Shown here: positions 38,344-48,093 of the stretch, piece by piece | Layout: each line of letters starts with the position of its first letter | Position numbering within the stretch: position 1 is the first letter of the stretch | Origin: a virus | Lineage: Duplodnaviria; Caudoviricetes | Direction: 5' to 3' (one strand) | DNA length: 64,000 nt | IMG/VR virus record: IMGVR_UViG_3300042924_004272 | Location: 126-64,125 of that record | Notes under the pieces: model-generated | The model's database searches: none | What the model was told of the DNA's origin: nothing | What the model saw: only the letters and a program-made list of their open reading frames with translations | Position numbers and translations under genes: made by a program

Positions 38344-38524
38344 GGCTATCCTCCAAAATCTTTTTGAGAATCTCTGAGCGTTCCAACTTGTGATGGTTCC
38401 CCCTAATGATGATTGGCCGCCCATTGTGAAGACCAAGACCAAGGTCAATGAAACCAGTGCGCAGTTGTGGATCGTCCTCCACCGGATTCCACATGGGTTT
38501 TGGCAATCTCCAGTCGTTGCTCAT
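38333..38524 (-). CDS. Hypothetical protein
   Basis: ORF tiles with its neighbours. Confidence 0.6.
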   Translation of the reverse strand: MSNDWRLPKPMWNPVEDDPQLRTGFIDLGLGLHNGRPIIIRGNHHKLERSEILKKILEDSHEE

Positions 38525-38787
38525 ATGATTACTCCGGTTGAATGGGAAAAATTTGACAACTTTTTCTTCCAGGCGCTTGCCTTCTGCTCTGTTTTGTATG
38601 CCCGGATGTCGTCGAGGATCATCTTTGCCCGCGGTGTTGAGATCCGGATCTCCTCAAGGTCATGACGCCTTGCCATTTTGAGGTTGGTCTCCATGAGGGT
38701 TTCAATCGTTTCGATGATTTGATGGGAAGTCATGCGATTAAATGGTTGCGGTTTTGTAAACCAATTCACGGTCACCCATCTGCTCAT
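38521..38787 (-). CDS. Hypothetical protein (start uncertain)
   Basis: ORF tiles with its neighbours. Confidence 0.55.
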   Translation of the reverse strand: MSRWVTVNWFTKPQPFNRMTSHQIIETIETLMETNLKMARRHDLEEIRISTPRAKMILDDIRAYKTEQKASAWKKKLSNFSHSTGVII

Positions 38788-38956
38788 CTAGGGTCTCAAT
38801 CACCTCGTACCAACAACCCGTGAAATCTGGGTTGAATTGGTTCTGTTTGAAGTAATCTTCAACCTTGAACTGTGCTTCATTGAGTGTTGCGGTGTATCCA
38901 ATCCAATCCCTGCCATCCTCGTAGCAGAAATAAATGTCGAATGCGTGTGAGTACAT
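38738..38956 (-). CDS. Hypothetical protein
   Basis: ORF preceded by an AC-rich leader. Confidence 0.65.
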   Translation of the reverse strand: MYSHAFDIYFCYEDGRDWIGYTATLNEAQFKVEDYFKQNQFNPDFTGCWYEVIETLDEQMGDRELVYKTATI

Positions 38957-38973
38957 ATGCGTGTGTTTGGTGA

Positions 38974-39096
38974 TTACTTGGACTTGGACTCTTTCTTGAT
39001 GAGGGTATCGATCTCTTTGACGGTTTTCTTGAGCCAGGCAACTTTCTCCGGTGAGAGAGGTTTGTGATTGGCTAGGACTTTGTTGAGGTTTCTCAT
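38974..39096 (-). CDS. Small basic protein (40 aa, not in ORF track)
   Basis: MRNLNKVLANHKPLSPEK...; first gene after the promoter at 39136-39164. Confidence 0.55.
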   Translation of the reverse strand: MRNLNKVLANHKPLSPEKVAWLKKTVKEIDTLIKKESKSK

Positions 39097-39135
39097 TGGT
39101 TTGGTTGGTTGGGGTTGTTGTTACTGTCTGGAATG

Positions 39136-39164
39136 AAAATACCCAACCTAGTTTGGTTTGGCAA
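39136..39164 (-). promoter_or_regulatory. Sigma70-like promoter with CCCAA-N5-TTTGG box in the spacer
   Basis: TTGCCA-17 nt-TATTTT with an upstream A-tract. Confidence 0.65.
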
Positions 39165-39193
39165 TATATTTTTTAACTTTTTTTTACCCCAAT

Positions 39194-39234
39194 AAAAAGG
39201 ACTCCGGATGCCCATTTGTAGGACACCCGGAGCC
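39194..39234 (-). terminator. Intrinsic terminator after primase-helicase
   Basis: ggctccgggtgtcc-loop-gggcatccggagtcc followed by a T-tract on the minus strand. Confidence 0.75.
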
Positions 39235-39272
39235 TTCTGTTACACACTACTATACACCGACTACCGACAATT

Positions 39273-41468
39273 CTAGAACGGTTCTTCCACCGGAGAGGTC
39301 TGCCCAGTGAACACGAACCTATATCGATTCACACCATCCTTGAGTCTCTTCCCAATCAATTCCGGAACCATCTTTTGATCCATGCATTTCTTGAGGGATC
39401 GACCGATATTCTCAACCTTGAATGTGCTCATGTTGGCCGGTCCACCCATTGCGGCCGTGAGTTCCGTCATGAGATCGGTTGAGGATAGTTCTAGTTCGAC
39501 TAGACCCTCATCCCTCTTTGCAGCAAACCACTTGTGGAGGATCTCCACAAAGATGGATTCCCTTGTCTCACTCTGTGCCTGGTGGACGAGTTCGGCATGG
39601 TGAAATGACCGTACACCAAACCGCTTGTACACCGGATCCATGATGTCCGGTGGGCATGGACGGTTGAGCAACCAATTGAGGAAGTATGGAAGTTCCTTCC
39701 GGATCCTTGCCTCGTTCTCGTAGTTGTTGCCGAAGAAGTGAGGTCGGTATCCATTGCGGAGTTTGAACAACATGATCTTGTCGCGGATGGTTCCATCGAG
39801 CGCCGGGAGGATCTTGAGTGACTCCGGATCGGTGTTGCATGTCACAACCACACGACCAACGAAGGGAAGTTCGATGGCATCCCTGAACTTTGGTTGATAC
39901 AACTGGGATGGATTGGCGGCCATCTGCTTGAGTGCCTTTGTGAAGAGTTGCCTTGTCTTGTGGTCACCCTCGGTTGCGGCATCGTCGCAACGCCACAAGG
40001 CATTCTCTCCACCGGCCTTGTTGAAGGTGGTCTCCCCCATGAGGAGTGCCTCCGCATCCACGGAACCATTGAGTGCCTCACCAATGATGCACTTGTTGAG
40101 GAAAGTCTTTCCGGTGTGTGCCTCCCCCGCAATGATGATCACTTGACCAGGAAGAGGTTTACCATGAAGCGCCGACTCGTAGAACCTCCGGAACCAGCAG
40201 AGGAAGTATTCATGGGCAGCAATGCCATCTTGATCCCCATCGAATGCGTTGTGCATGAAGTCAAAGAGCCAAGGGAAATCCTTTGGGTCTCCGGTTTGCG
40301 CAGGTGCCATTGCCTTCTTGCTGGATATGTTTAGATACCTTTCAGAAGCAATATCCACCACCTCATTGGGATTAAACAGAATAGGAACCGCTGCGGTGAC
40401 CCTCCGTGATGTCTGGACATGAATGAGTACACGCTCAACCGGGGTTACCATTTGCCCGCGGATGGTTTGATCGGAAACTCCAGCACCCTTTAGATGCATA
40501 CGAGCATCCTCTTTGGCAAGGTTGACCCAACCATCACCACCATGCTTGGTCCAATATGTCTTGCCATCGAAGTAGAACATCTGTGCTGCCCTTCCGGTTG
40601 CTTCCTGCTCATATTCGGCAACGAATGGTGCCCCAAGTATACTCTTCCATGATGCGAAGGATCTGCCATCTCGATCCGAGAAGATCGTCATGCCATCCTC
40701 ACGAACAACAGCACCAAGTCTTGGGGTGTCATCCAACCAGAACAATGGTTGCTTGCTACCTATGACGAAAGGAGTCGCGGCACGACCGGGGAACTGCTTC
40801 TCCACCTCATCAGCAATCTTGTCGATTGGAATGCTTGGTGAGTCGGTGACCTTGATTACTGCCCGTTCCGCGGCGTTGACCATGCAGAGTTCAAGGAGAT
40901 TGTTTGGCAACCGCATGTCCCCATTGGGAAATGATGTTGCTGGAAACTGCCCCCAATTGTCTCCCATCTCAAAGTACTGGGTGGACTTGAGGGATGCCTT
41001 GTCTAGTCCTGGTAGAGCAGCATAAATGCCGACCCTCTTGTCTAGTTCCTTGAGGAACTCTTCAGTGACCTCCGGATTGGTGACACAAACAGGGGATTCA
41101 AACTCCCAAATGAGTCTTGTCTTCCCAGGTGTGAAAGTCTGGTGGACCCAAGTGGGGAGGAACTTCACCCTCTTGTCTAGAGAGTCAACCATGTCCCATG
41201 CCTTGGAGGAATCATAGTCTCCAATGATACCATGCAACCATTTTGCTGGGTTGTCCTTCTTCACTCGTAGTGAGGGATTGAGACCCTCATAGGGAGAAAT
41301 GAAGTGACCTTGGGTCTTGATGTCGGACGACCAGATTGAGTACTGCTCCTTGGTCATTCCCTGCAGCACTTGGTCATTGACTCTTGGGTTGATAATCCCT
41401 GATAGGGACATCGCTGAGATTTCCGTGATGGTTTCTGATTTTAGGTTTGGTAGTGAGTATAGTTTCAT
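39273..41468 (-). CDS. Primase-helicase (N-terminal primase-polymerase-like domain, C-terminal SF3-like ATPase)
   Basis: GDYD motif; Walker A GEAHTGKT, RCDD, VVTCN. Confidence 0.8.
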   Translation of the reverse strand: MKLYSLPNLKSETITEISAMSLSGIINPRVNDQVLQGMTKEQYSIWSSDIKTQGHFISPYEGLNPSLRVKKDNPAKWLHGIIGDYDSSKAWDMVDSLDKRVKFLPTWVHQTFTPGKTRLIWEFESPVCVTNPEVTEEFLKELDKRVGIYAALPGLDKASLKSTQYFEMGDNWGQFPATSFPNGDMRLPNNLLELCMVNAAERAVIKVTDSPSIPIDKIADEVEKQFPGRAATPFVIGSKQPLFWLDDTPRLGAVVREDGMTIFSDRDGRSFASWKSILGAPFVAEYEQEATGRAAQMFYFDGKTYWTKHGGDGWVNLAKEDARMHLKGAGVSDQTIRGQMVTPVERVLIHVQTSRRVTAAVPILFNPNEVVDIASERYLNISSKKAMAPAQTGDPKDFPWLFDFMHNAFDGDQDGIAAHEYFLCWFRRFYESALHGKPLPGQVIIIAGEAHTGKTFLNKCIIGEALNGSVDAEALLMGETTFNKAGGENALWRCDDAATEGDHKTRQLFTKALKQMAANPSQLYQPKFRDAIELPFVGRVVVTCNTDPESLKILPALDGTIRDKIMLFKLRNGYRPHFFGNNYENEARIRKELPYFLNWLLNRPCPPDIMDPVYKRFGVRSFHHAELVHQAQSETRESIFVEILHKWFAAKRDEGLVELELSSTDLMTELTAAMGGPANMSTFKVENIGRSLKKCMDQKMVPELIGKRLKDGVNRYRFVFTGQTSPVEEPF

Positions 41469-41480
41469 ATGTGTGTGTGT

Positions 41481-41774
41481 TTAGACTAGCGATACCGACT
41501 TGACTCCTGCTTCTTCCAAAGACTTCTGGCAATCACAACAGACTCGATGGTGTGTGATGAATGCCATTGCTCCCCTTGCCTTGTCCCCCGCCTTCATGAT
41601 TGCATCAACTTCCGCATGGTGTGGTTGTTGACAGATTGACTTGCACTTCTCATACCCCTCGCCCGGTTCCCTTGGGCAGGTCTCTTGGGGGTTTTGGCAA
41701 TCATTGGAGCCCACGAAGATGGAGTGATCCTCCGTGACCAGCAAGCAAATTACCTTTTTCTTTGCGCAACTCAT
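41481..41774 (-). CDS. dCMP/cytidine deaminase-like protein
   Basis: HAEVDAI...CCDC Zn motif. Confidence 0.85.
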   Translation of the reverse strand: MSCAKKKVICLLVTEDHSIFVGSNDCQNPQETCPREPGEGYEKCKSICQQPHHAEVDAIMKAGDKARGAMAFITHHRVCCDCQKSLEEAGVKSVSLV

Positions 41775-42325
41775 GGTTTTTGAATCAATTCATTCAAGTA
41801 ATTTATACTAATTATTCGTAAAATATCTTCACCCCATTCATTCATCGCATTGTTCACGCAGCAGGCAACAACCCGAACGTTTTGTGGCATGTAACCCTTG
41901 GTTGAGTCGATTCTGTCAATCGAAGGTGCGAACGGATTGCGTTTAAACTTTTTTGTAGCACTAAAAGGAATACCAGTTAATGAACAACTAGCATTTGGAA
42001 AATCAATTAATAACTTTGGGTATGTTAAGCAAAACTCTACTTGGTTTTTTTTAGCCCTTTTCTTTGCTTCATCGAAACAAGTTCTTAATGCTTTTCTATA
42101 CCAAGAATTCATTCGGAATTGTTCATCGTCAAAATTAAATTTTTGTAGGTTTTGTAACTCTTTAACTTGTTGTTTTAATTTTTTATTCTCATCCCTAATT
42201 TTATAGGTTTCTAGGCACAAAAGTTGATTGTTGTTATCTAATCTATAACATTCAAATAAAAATTGTTCCCTAGAAAACGAGGAATGACGTTTTTCAAACG
42301 CTTTAAATACGTCTTGTTCTATCAT
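41771..42325 (-). CDS. Putative His-Me-finger-like endonuclease
   Basis: CSLTGIPF...PSIDRIDSTKGY...NVRVV...N; lower GC than its neighbours. Confidence 0.7.
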   Translation of the reverse strand: MIEQDVFKAFEKRHSSFSREQFLFECYRLDNNNQLLCLETYKIRDENKKLKQQVKELQNLQKFNFDDEQFRMNSWYRKALRTCFDEAKKRAKKNQVEFCLTYPKLLIDFPNASCSLTGIPFSATKKFKRNPFAPSIDRIDSTKGYMPQNVRVVACCVNNAMNEWGEDILRIISINYLNELIQKP

Positions 42326-42369
42326 AGGTTGTCCTCGTCTGGATCTGGTTCGATGTGTGGTTTCATTTT
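42322..42369. repeat. 48-bp dispersed repeat, copy 2; encodes mini-ORF MKPHIEPDPDEDNL
   Basis: The mini-ORF ATG overlaps the PolA stop, and its TGA overlaps the next ATG. Confidence 0.85.
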
Positions 42370-44117
42370 TTGTACACTGGTGATAGGGATCCCTCCGCTG
42401 CGAGGGGAAGACCGTCCGCCCACTCCGGTGGGGTAGACATGATGTTGAGGATTGCTTGGAGGTAACCCTCCGCTTGATCCAATGGCACGAGGCACACGAC
42501 TTCATCGTGAATCCTCATGAGGATTGGGATTCCCTCCCCCTCAATCCGTAGGCAGCAATCCATGAAAATATCTCTTGCGACTGCCTGAACAACATTTTCA
42601 CAGATGACTCCACCCCACACACCGAGACGGAGCATCTTGCCTTGCCGCGGAATCATTGCCGTTAGACCCCCATGATCCACGGATACTGCTTTATATGTGA
42701 GTTTGCGACCGGATGGCAGTGGGAATGTTGCGTCAGGATCGTTTGCCGTGGTTGCGGTTTCCCGAAGGTTTGCCTCAAGATCCTTCCAGAACTTTGTGAC
42801 CTTGGGGTTCTTTGTTCTGTAGAGGTTCACGAGTCTCTGTGCCTCCACATCCGTTACCGCGGCAACCGTGGTGAACTTCTTTGCCCCCATGCCATAGCCG
42901 AGGCCAAGCGCAAGTTGCTTGATTGTAAAACGTAGCTTTGGATCCACCTCCTTGAGAGACCCCTCCTTGTTGAAGAGTCCCCATGCCCTTGCTTGTGCCT
43001 CGTACAGATCGGATGACTCGCGGATGTACTTGAGCATCTTTGTGTCGTTTGCCAACCAATGAAGAACCCGGGGTTCAATCTGTGACAAGTCAACGATGGC
43101 GAAGGTAAATCCCTCCGGTGCCTTGATCTTGCTACGGATATCCACACCACAAACCTCCGACCGCGGGATATTCTGAAGGTTGATGCCACCCGAACCGGAA
43201 TCCCTTCCAGTGTGAGCGCCGAAGAACTTGAGTTCATACGGCATCCACCCATCCGGTTTGACGCGTTGCAGCATCGTTTGGATGGTTGCTAGATGCTTGG
43301 ACCCCCTCCGATATGACCGGACTGCCTTGATCCAGGGATACTTATCCGCATACTCGTCCTCCCACTTGTCCGCTTCCGGATCATCCTTGGCAAATGACTT
43401 GGGAGATGGAATGCCCTGCTTGGCACACTCAGCACGGATTGCCAGAATGGAGGTGATCTTGTCGTCGTCCTTCCAAGGGATGGCAACTTGTGCCTCCCAT
43501 AAGTGGAGTTCCAATTGCTCCTTTGCTGCCATGAGACTTTGAATATCTAGGGGTACACCCCTCTGACACATCTGCCGTGTGAGTTGGGAAATGCTCCTCT
43601 CACTCTCCGGAAAGAGGTGACCATACTTCTGGAATAACTGGAGGCAATAGCGAGAGTCATCGAGGGCATACTTCTTCACCTCCTCATGGAAAAACATATC
43701 CATCTCCTCCCATCTCTTGCCCTTCATGTTGTCACGGACATCTTTGGAGAGTTTCACGCCGAGGAGTTCCGCGGATGACTCCTTGAGTGACCTGGGACTT
43801 CCTAGATATGCAGCCATGTCAGCAGTGCATACCCACTCCTTGATCTCAATGTTTTCCGGGGCATGTCCCAATTCTTGGAGTCGTTCAACTACCATCGAAT
43901 CGAATCCCACGTTGTGAGAGATCCAAGTCACCTCCGGACCGGTGATGAGTGACCAATCAAAATCCTTTGGGTGACCCACATATTCTATCCCCGTGTCTGT
44001 GACGATGGACAGAAGGTATAAGTCTGCCTGCGGATGCCGCAAGTAATGCCACGTTCCAAGTTCTCCAATGGAGATCTCCTTGTCGTAGTAGGTTTCAGTA
44101 TCGAGTGCTACAATCAT
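42363..44117 (-). CDS. Family A DNA polymerase with 3'-5' exonuclease
   Basis: LDTET, HNVGFD, YALDD; TGRDS..NLQN, DLSQIEPR, K..ALGLGYGMG, IHDEVV. Confidence 0.95.
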   Translation of the reverse strand: MIVALDTETYYDKEISIGELGTWHYLRHPQADLYLLSIVTDTGIEYVGHPKDFDWSLITGPEVTWISHNVGFDSMVVERLQELGHAPENIEIKEWVCTADMAAYLGSPRSLKESSAELLGVKLSKDVRDNMKGKRWEEMDMFFHEEVKKYALDDSRYCLQLFQKYGHLFPESERSISQLTRQMCQRGVPLDIQSLMAAKEQLELHLWEAQVAIPWKDDDKITSILAIRAECAKQGIPSPKSFAKDDPEADKWEDEYADKYPWIKAVRSYRRGSKHLATIQTMLQRVKPDGWMPYELKFFGAHTGRDSGSGGINLQNIPRSEVCGVDIRSKIKAPEGFTFAIVDLSQIEPRVLHWLANDTKMLKYIRESSDLYEAQARAWGLFNKEGSLKEVDPKLRFTIKQLALGLGYGMGAKKFTTVAAVTDVEAQRLVNLYRTKNPKVTKFWKDLEANLRETATTANDPDATFPLPSGRKLTYKAVSVDHGGLTAMIPRQGKMLRLGVWGGVICENVVQAVARDIFMDCCLRIEGEGIPILMRIHDEVVCLVPLDQAEGYLQAILNIMSTPPEWADGLPLAAEGSLSPVYKK

Positions 44118-44127
44118 ATGTGAAAGG

Positions 44128-44167
44128 AAATGGGGGGTGAGGAACAACCTCCCCACCCCCCGATTTC
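44128..44167 (-). terminator. GC-rich hairpin between the SSB-like gene and PolA
   Basis: ggggggtgagg-aacaa-cctccccaccccc. Confidence 0.5.
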
Positions 44168-44169
44168 AC

Positions 44170-44925
44170 TTACAGACCAGCGAGTCCCTTAAAGAGCTCC
44201 GTCTGGTCTGGGGTATTCTTGCCGAGGAACCTACCCACGGGAACATACCACGAATTATTGGCACCCTTCCGGAGTTCGGAAGAGACCTCATACCGACCGG
44301 AGTAGAGAGCACCCTTTAGGAGGTAGTCCCCATCCGTGATCAACTGCTTGGCAAGCGAGGTGTACGCACTAGACGCAACCGTGTAGATGCCCATTGCGTA
44401 ACGGTTCTTCCCATCGGAATAAGGGAAGTACTCAATGAACTGCTCGTCCATGTCCTCCGGTGCCTGAACCGCAAGACGGATGTCTGCGATGTCTTGGAAC
44501 CAAGGAAGTTCATCCTTGAGGTCATAGTTGGTGGTTCCACCAAGTGTGCGAACCTCCGCGGAGGTGTTTGCCTTGCGAGGGATCTGGTCAGTGCCAAACT
44601 CCACCTTCTCCTGGTAGTACTTCTTCAGGCGGAGGGGAACCATGCGAACCGAATTGCCGAGGTTGACCAACTGCTCAAACACAAATGTGCCGGGAGCAAA
44701 GTCATCCCCCAGCTTGCCAGACTTCTGAGCAAGGTTGAGGCGAGGAACCTTGAGGTCATGCGCAGTGATCTCACCTTCAATGCAACCATGGATGATGGCT
44801 ACGGGTACGGACAGCGCAGCGGAGTTGTCTTCAGAGACCATCACTGGTGTTGCCAGTTCGATCTGCTGTGCGGGTTGCTCCATTGGAGCAGTGTTTTTCT
44901 TGGGTGTTAGGTTTAGCGTTGCCAT
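44170..44925 (-). CDS. Putative ssDNA-binding/annealing protein
   Basis: D..VPRL.LAQ..G motif; lies between the Cas4-like nuclease and PolA. Confidence 0.55.
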   Translation of the reverse strand: MATLNLTPKKNTAPMEQPAQQIELATPVMVSEDNSAALSVPVAIIHGCIEGEITAHDLKVPRLNLAQKSGKLGDDFAPGTFVFEQLVNLGNSVRMVPLRLKKYYQEKVEFGTDQIPRKANTSAEVRTLGGTTNYDLKDELPWFQDIADIRLAVQAPEDMDEQFIEYFPYSDGKNRYAMGIYTVASSAYTSLAKQLITDGDYLLKGALYSGRYEVSSELRKGANNSWYVPVGRFLGKNTPDQTELFKGLAGL

Positions 44926-44960
44926 ATAGGTCTTGGATTTTTGGGTTTTTGGTTTGTTGT

Positions 44961-46097
44961 TTACTGACGGATTGCTTTCAAGAGGTGGATTACTCCCTCC
45001 TCCTTGAGCGCCCCCTTGTCACGGAGTCGGTCTTCAAGGGCATGTTTGGCATTTGCCTTCTGTCCCTTGTCCGCCTTATCCGCAACTATTCTCTCTAGTC
45101 CCACAACACTCACACGAGTGCATGCTCCTAGAAATTCTTCAAAAGACATCATGTCGGACACCGCGGCGAATCCCAATAGGGGTGATTCTATTGTGCGTGG
45201 TGTCTTGCGTTGGTCTAGTCTGTATCCGGTGATTTCAGCCCCTTCTTCAAGCGCCTGACGGAGTAATTCTTTCTTCACATCGTCCGCCCACCCAGAAAGG
45301 AGATTGGCAAGTTTTAGCAACTTTGCCTTGTCCTCCGGAGTGCCATCCATCGAAATGTTGGAAGGTACATCGAACCCCGCCTTCTTTCCGATAACGAGTG
45401 CTTTTCCTGCGAGTGCCTTACAAGATCCTTGGAAAGCACAGTAGTCGCATACTCCCTCTACTGGATTGAACTCCTTACCGGCTAGTTCTTTTGCTCTTGC
45501 AATTATCGTCCCCAACCGAAGTTGGAGTGCAGGAACATCAGTTCTTTTAAATTCAGCAACTGAGACTTCCTGGCGGCGAGGTAAAACGAGATAGAATTGG
45601 ATCCGTTGGATCTCTGGGAATTTTTGGAAACTTCCAAGCGCATAAGCCGCAGCTTGAGAGTTAGTCTCACAATCTTCCACAGCCCCAAACCCTGTTTTCC
45701 AGTCGAACATGCAAGCATCACCGTCAGAATATATGTCCAAGAGATCAGACGTTCCAAAAGTGCTGTGATCACCAAGATCAACCTCAAGAAAAACCTCTTG
45801 ATGAGTAGCCACGAGATTAGCGGAAGACTGGCGAGCTCCTCGGATGTCAGAAAGAAAGTCGAGGCATACTTCTGCGAGTTGTTGCTCTGTTGGGTCGATG
45901 AGGAGACCGGGGTTCCCCCTTTCGATTGCCGTGTGGATGCGAGTACCCGCTTCTGCAATTGGGTTGGTGCCGCCTTTGCCTTTGTAACTGGGGCATGCTT
46001 CAAAGTTTTTGAGGCTGCTCGGCGAGTGTTCTGCGTGTGGGCGCGTTTCTGGATCGACATGTGTTTGTATGGTTTGGGTTTTTGGGTTTGTTGGCAT
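44961..46097 (-). CDS. PD-(D/E)XK Cas4-like exonuclease (DUF2800-like)
   Basis: HAEHSPSS...CP, GT.IH, GTSD, DWKTG, Q...YA, CDYC....C. Confidence 0.85.
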   Translation of the reverse strand: MPTNPKTQTIQTHVDPETRPHAEHSPSSLKNFEACPSYKGKGGTNPIAEAGTRIHTAIERGNPGLLIDPTEQQLAEVCLDFLSDIRGARQSSANLVATHQEVFLEVDLGDHSTFGTSDLLDIYSDGDACMFDWKTGFGAVEDCETNSQAAAYALGSFQKFPEIQRIQFYLVLPRRQEVSVAEFKRTDVPALQLRLGTIIARAKELAGKEFNPVEGVCDYCAFQGSCKALAGKALVIGKKAGFDVPSNISMDGTPEDKAKLLKLANLLSGWADDVKKELLRQALEEGAEITGYRLDQRKTPRTIESPLLGFAAVSDMMSFEEFLGACTRVSVVGLERIVADKADKGQKANAKHALEDRLRDKGALKEEGVIHLLKAIRQ

Positions 46098-46105
46098 GAA
46101 CGGTA

Positions 46106-46134
46106 TTGATAGATCCCAATCTGCTTGGGGTCAA
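46106..46134 (-). promoter_or_regulatory. Promoter with CCCAA-N5-TTGGG palindrome
   Basis: TTGACC-17 nt-TATCAA; cccaatctgcttggg at 46115-46129. Confidence 0.55.
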
Positions 46135-46316
46135 TAGGAATTTTGATTTTCTTTTTTGGGTCTTCCGCCCTTCTTTCCATTTGCAATACAAGCGATGCGC
46201 TTTGCATCACTTGATGCGCTTCCACCCTTCTTTCCGATTGATGCGAAGTATTCTCGCACTTTGGGATGGATGTTGTTGTCCTCGCTTTTGAAGACCTGCT
46301 TTAAGTTTTTGAACAT
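46131..46316 (-). CDS. Small basic KGG-motif protein (possible DNA binding)
   Basis: IGKKGG...NGKKGGRPKK. Confidence 0.7.
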   Translation of the reverse strand: MFKNLKQVFKSEDNNIHPKVREYFASIGKKGGSASSDAKRIACIANGKKGGRPKKENQNSY

Positions 46317-46334
46317 GGTTTGTTGGTTGTTGCT

Positions 46335-47675
46335 CTAGGCACCGAATGCGGAGACCCACTCCCCATCATTCATTGCCCGGATATTCTGACATTTTGTTTC
46401 TGCGATTTTGTATACGCGTTCCTCCACCGTTCCCTCAGCGAAGCAAATTCTTTGTATGACCGGAGATTTTGTACCGAAACGGCTTGCCCTGCCAAGCATT
46501 TGTATCATCGTCTCCGCATGGTAGGTTGGGCAGATAAAGGACATCCGGGGTTTACCTCCCACAATGTCGTGGAGATCAATGGCAGCACTACCGGCTTGAG
46601 ACTGTAGGATGATACATTGCGACCGTGCTTCCATGAAGTCTTGCAATGCTTTTTCACGACCCTTGGTATCCCTCCCATCGAAAAGTCCACAGTTGATCCC
46701 ATCCACGGAAAGCAGTTGTTGGAGGGCATCGATGGAGTTCACGAAGTTGAGGAACACTGGGCAGTAGAGACCTCCCTCCACTGCGGAAGCAATCTCCCTT
46801 GCAAGAGTTGGCAACTTGAGAAGTTCCGCCTCCTGCCGATCCCTCATGAGTTCGACAGCACCTGGGACTGCATCCTCGTGGCGGATGAGATCCTCATCCC
46901 GGGTTTGTTCTAGCATCCGGAGTGCCTCCGCAACGACTCCGGTCTGTGGACGGGATCCAATGTCCCAAAGTTCCACTTCAATGGTTTCCTCTGGCATGAA
47001 TTCCGTGACCTCCTCACGCCTCACTCGGACCCCATAGTTCTTGAGGTGATTGTGGAGTCTACCCACCACTTCCTTGCGGAAGGTATTCTTGAAATAAAGA
47101 TTGTTGTACCCAAATGGTGACTTGCCACAACCGTTCCGGAGGCACCAGGGATAGTAATCCTTGAGTGTATGCATTCCAGTGATGAACCCCAATGCCTTTA
47201 GTTTAAGTGGGCTATCGGCAACGGTTGCCGACAAGCAGAGGGGGAAGGTGTCCTTGCATTGTCCGGTTCCAATGAGGAGTTGGGAGTTGAGGGAGGTGAG
47301 TCCCCCAGCATCCTGGCACTCATCAAAAATCACGATTGTCGGTTCCTTGGGATGCCACTGGTAGGTGACTCCCCTCGCCTTGATCTTTGTGACCATGTCC
47401 TTGTAGTGCCTTCCTGAAGTGAACTTCTGGTACGAGTCCACGGCAAGGCAACGATCCTTTAGGCCGAAGTCCCCAACTGCCTTCTCCCACTTGTGCCTAG
47501 AGACAGCACGGCATATGACAATAAATGGGGCCTTACCAAATCGCTGCACAGTCCCCAAGGAGTGCATTGTCTTCCCAAGTCCAGTGTCGGACAGGTCAAC
47601 AGCACATTGGTTCTTCAAGAGACTGTCGCAGAGACTATCCACGGCAGTCTTTTGGTATGACCGGAGTTCGATCAC
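46335..47675 (-). CDS. Superfamily 2 helicase
   Basis: LRSYQ, DTGLGKT, DECQ, LSAT, QMLGRASR. Confidence 0.9.
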   Translation of the reverse strand: MIELRSYQKTAVDSLCDSLLKNQCAVDLSDTGLGKTMHSLGTVQRFGKAPFIVICRAVSRHKWEKAVGDFGLKDRCLAVDSYQKFTSGRHYKDMVTKIKARGVTYQWHPKEPTIVIFDECQDAGGLTSLNSQLLIGTGQCKDTFPLCLSATVADSPLKLKALGFITGMHTLKDYYPWCLRNGCGKSPFGYNNLYFKNTFRKEVVGRLHNHLKNYGVRVRREEVTEFMPEETIEVELWDIGSRPQTGVVAEALRMLEQTRDEDLIRHEDAVPGAVELMRDRQEAELLKLPTLAREIASAVEGGLYCPVFLNFVNSIDALQQLLSVDGINCGLFDGRDTKGREKALQDFMEARSQCIILQSQAGSAAIDLHDIVGGKPRMSFICPTYHAETMIQMLGRASRFGTKSPVIQRICFAEGTVEERVYKIAETKCQNIRAMNDGEWVSAFGA

Positions 47676-47833
47676 TGGTAGGTGTAGGTACTCTTGGCTC
47701 CCTTCTTCTGCTGAAGGGTTCCGCGGATTCCATGCTTTTTCATCTTTTCAAGTGTCTCACGGAACTTTTTCCGATCCACTGGTCTCTCCCCATCTCCCTT
47801 GCCAGCACCGGTACTTAATTCCGACTTTTTCAT
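47672..47833 (-). CDS. Small hypothetical protein (53 aa, not in ORF track)
   Basis: GAGKGD..RPVD; stop overlaps the helicase start. Confidence 0.6.
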   Translation of the reverse strand: MKKSELSTGAGKGDGERPVDRKKFRETLEKMKKHGIRGTLQQKKGAKSTYTYQ

Positions 47834-47844
47834 GAAGTCGGTTT

Positions 47845-48081
47845 TCATCGTTTAGAGGAACGGGAACCAATGCATGCCCACTTCTTACGGGATAGACGGA
47901 GGGGTGAATTGGGGTCTTTTGCGGCCGCGGGATGGTCTTTCATTTGACCAGCGCTACGAGCACAGTATGAATCTCCCTTGGCAGTACCGGGGGAAATTGA
48001 ATATCCCTTGGCACCATACCGGATGGTATTTTTCTTTCCGGTCTTTGGGTTGGTTACAACTTTTTTAAATTTTTTTTCCAT
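47845..48081 (-). CDS. Small basic conserved phage protein
   Basis: YGAKG...PGT.KGDSYCARS.GQ...KDPNSPLRLSRKKW.C. Confidence 0.75.
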   Translation of the reverse strand: MEKKFKKVVTNPKTGKKNTIRYGAKGYSISPGTAKGDSYCARSAGQMKDHPAAAKDPNSPLRLSRKKWACIGSRSSKR

Positions 48082-48093
48082 TACTTTATATTT

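Noticed and set aside
42326-42505. N-terminal extension of the 244-aa endonuclease ORF, or an intron or frameshift in PolA
   Set aside because: PolA is intact to its own stop; the endonuclease more plausibly starts at 42325.
44961-46097. Cas4 as evidence of CRISPR-Cas
   Set aside because: Stand-alone Cas4-like exonucleases are routine in phage replication modules.
45503-46225. 240-aa same-strand ORF overlapping the Cas4-like nuclease
   Set aside because: No recognisable motifs, unlike the MTase overlap, and it spans a promoter and another gene.
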